Below are positions 62,130-64,000 of a stretch of 64,000 bases of DNA, piece after piece (within the stretch, counting starts at the first letter, position 1; each line of letters opens with the position of its first letter). A program made the position numbers and the translations under genes. The notes under the pieces are model-generated. The model was not told the origin of the DNA and ran no database searches. It saw only the letters and a program-made list of their open reading frames with translations. The DNA is taken from assembly GCA_008632985.1 (NCBI GenBank), contig QPGO01000127.1, positions 1 through 64,000 on the forward strand. Reading direction: 5' to 3'. This stretch comes from Psammoneis japonica. Lineage: Eukaryota.

Positions 62130-63000
62130 GACGTCATCGCTCATTGTGTTGTGAGTGACAGCGAAACAACAAAACAATGGAAGGGCCATTGCACTCCGCA
62201 CGTCCCAGGCATCGTCTCTGGCACTTCCCTTTCCTGCTGTGGTGTCTCTTGTGTTTTGTGCCACAGAACTCCTCCTTTCACACATGCACGACTGCTGCAC
62301 CCTTCTTGCGGTTTTCTCCCCGGCCGTGCCGCCGCCAACTCAACTTTTGTTGATCATTTTGGGATCCACCACACCTGCTAGAAAGGTTGCACCACAGTGT
62401 CCCCTACGTCAATGTCTGCTGCCTCTGCATGGTGACAGCTGGCTCGCGAGCAACTCTCTCCAAAACCTCCCCAATCAACTGGGCAAGCCCTTTGGCTCTT
62501 TCTCTGTCTGCAGCATCACACCTTTCACAGCACTGCCCCCAGCAAAGCTACCCATCTTGCCAGGGAATTGTCCCACATCAAGAGCCAAGCCCCTCCTTTG
62601 CAAGTCTGCTGACTGCACCATCACCGCCTGCACGTGTGCTGCAGCTGAGGGCCCAGTGTGTCTCCTGAGCTGCTGCGCTCTCACCTCCCTCTCCTCCATG
62701 TGGCAGCTCCCCCACAAAAACCCCCTCACTGCCCAGTTCCTGCCCTTGTTGGGCAGAGGGGATGGGCTCTCTCTCTCTCTCTCTGCAATCTGTGATTGTT
62801 GGCAATTGATGCGATTGTTTGCAGTTGATGTTCTGTTTCTGCATCCATCTTCAGTGCTGAGTGCAATGATGGCAGATCTCTCACCAGTGGCACCTGCCAC
62901 TCTCTAGAGAACATCTCTTGGGTGAGTGTCTTTGGTCTCAAGAATTTGCGCACCAGTTCGGAAAGGGCCAACGAAGAAATTCAGATTGTGGTTGCAAAAT
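62130..63000. other. Small TpA-depleted patch ending in a third copy of the GT32 3' fragment
   Basis: 62905-62995 matches 56331-56425 and 52960-53032. Confidence 0.75.
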
Positions 63001-64000
63001 AAGGTGGCAGCAAACACAATGCACGGTCTCACGGGAGCAACGCAGAACGCAGAATTTTCGCCCTCTTGACGCTTTTATCATAGTTTCGACTTGTACATCA
63101 CTTGGGTTATTCAGAAATGATGTGATTGTACGATACAGAGAGAATGGCACTCTACAGTAGTTACATTCCATAACAACGACACCCACTGGCTACAGCTTCG
63201 AACCAAAATGCCAAAACGTCTACCGTATAGGGTATGGTATTTGAACAAAAAGGTAAAAGCACCGCAAACTACACTAGCTAGCCCCTTGTAAACTTATACA
63301 TTATCTTATGCAATCATACATTTGAATCAAGGGTCTATGGCAATGGGTTGTGGTCAAAATGGTGCGTTTTCTAAAAAGCCAACTCAAACTACACTGTTGT
63401 CTACGTCTTGCATTAAAACAGAAACAGCGGTGTATTCTTGTTCATCTGCGGCACCAGTTCCGTCCGACCTTTTGACATTTCAGTTTCAAGCTGAGACTTG
63501 GTGAGTCCTTCGTCTTGAACGCGAAAGCTCAAGTACATGACCGTCACGATGCCTCCCGAAAGGGGAGAAATGAAACGCTCAAGATTGTCTGAAGCACAAT
63601 CCAGAGGCCGTAAAGGTTTGCTTAGCATTCAAGCCACCGAATACCACCACATTGATCGCAAAGATCGCGATGATCATGACTGCAAGGATACCAAGAGAAA
63701 AGCAACGTTTGCCTTTGTTAGGGCAAACGACCGGCCAAGACTGGACATGGCTGAAGCGTTTTCAATCATGACTGCTTCTTTGAACATAAAGCCCGAAACC
63801 AACACGATAACACCAGGAAATAAAGTAGGAGACATCCAATCATGATACCAATCATGTACACGACAAACGCCAAGAGCATGGTACAGAGGCGTTTGAGTCC
63901 TAGCTTGAGACTGCCGCTCCAATCTGGCTCTTGACGAACATAAATGGATCCAACGACACGGGGGTATGCCCACCCATAATCATGGCTCCGGTATTTTCCA

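Noticed and set aside
63537..64000. Possible gene start at the window end
   Set aside because: Short, interrupted and truncated by the window; no recognisable motif.

Overview
Eukaryotic nuclear DNA, probably a pennate diatom or other stramenopile (inferred from gene families, short introns and TE types). The window is a sharply bounded mosaic. Gene islands with normal dinucleotide content encode a GH125 mannosidase, RPS20, a NeuA/CMAS-NeuB fusion, a STAND-like AAA ATPase, a GT32 glycosyltransferase, an M1 aminopeptidase, a DUF2828/vWA protein and secreted proteins. Between them lie repeat/TE domains (about 1-5400, 8200-10700, 20340-50300, 56320-57330, 62130-63000) from which TpA has been almost entirely removed. 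Paralogous copies inside the window show the direction of change, TA->TG/CA, which turns conserved Tyr into Cys/His. This resembles a RIP-like, repeat-targeted hypermutation acting on TpA rather than on cytosine. The largest domain holds a ~17.5 kb CACTA/Plavaka-like DNA transposon (25440-42903). Besides its transposase it carries a class III PLP aminotransferase, a GNAT-like domain and a protein with tentative TET/JBP-like and DNA-transferase-like motifs. All calls are by eye from motifs; no searches were run and domain boundaries are approximate.
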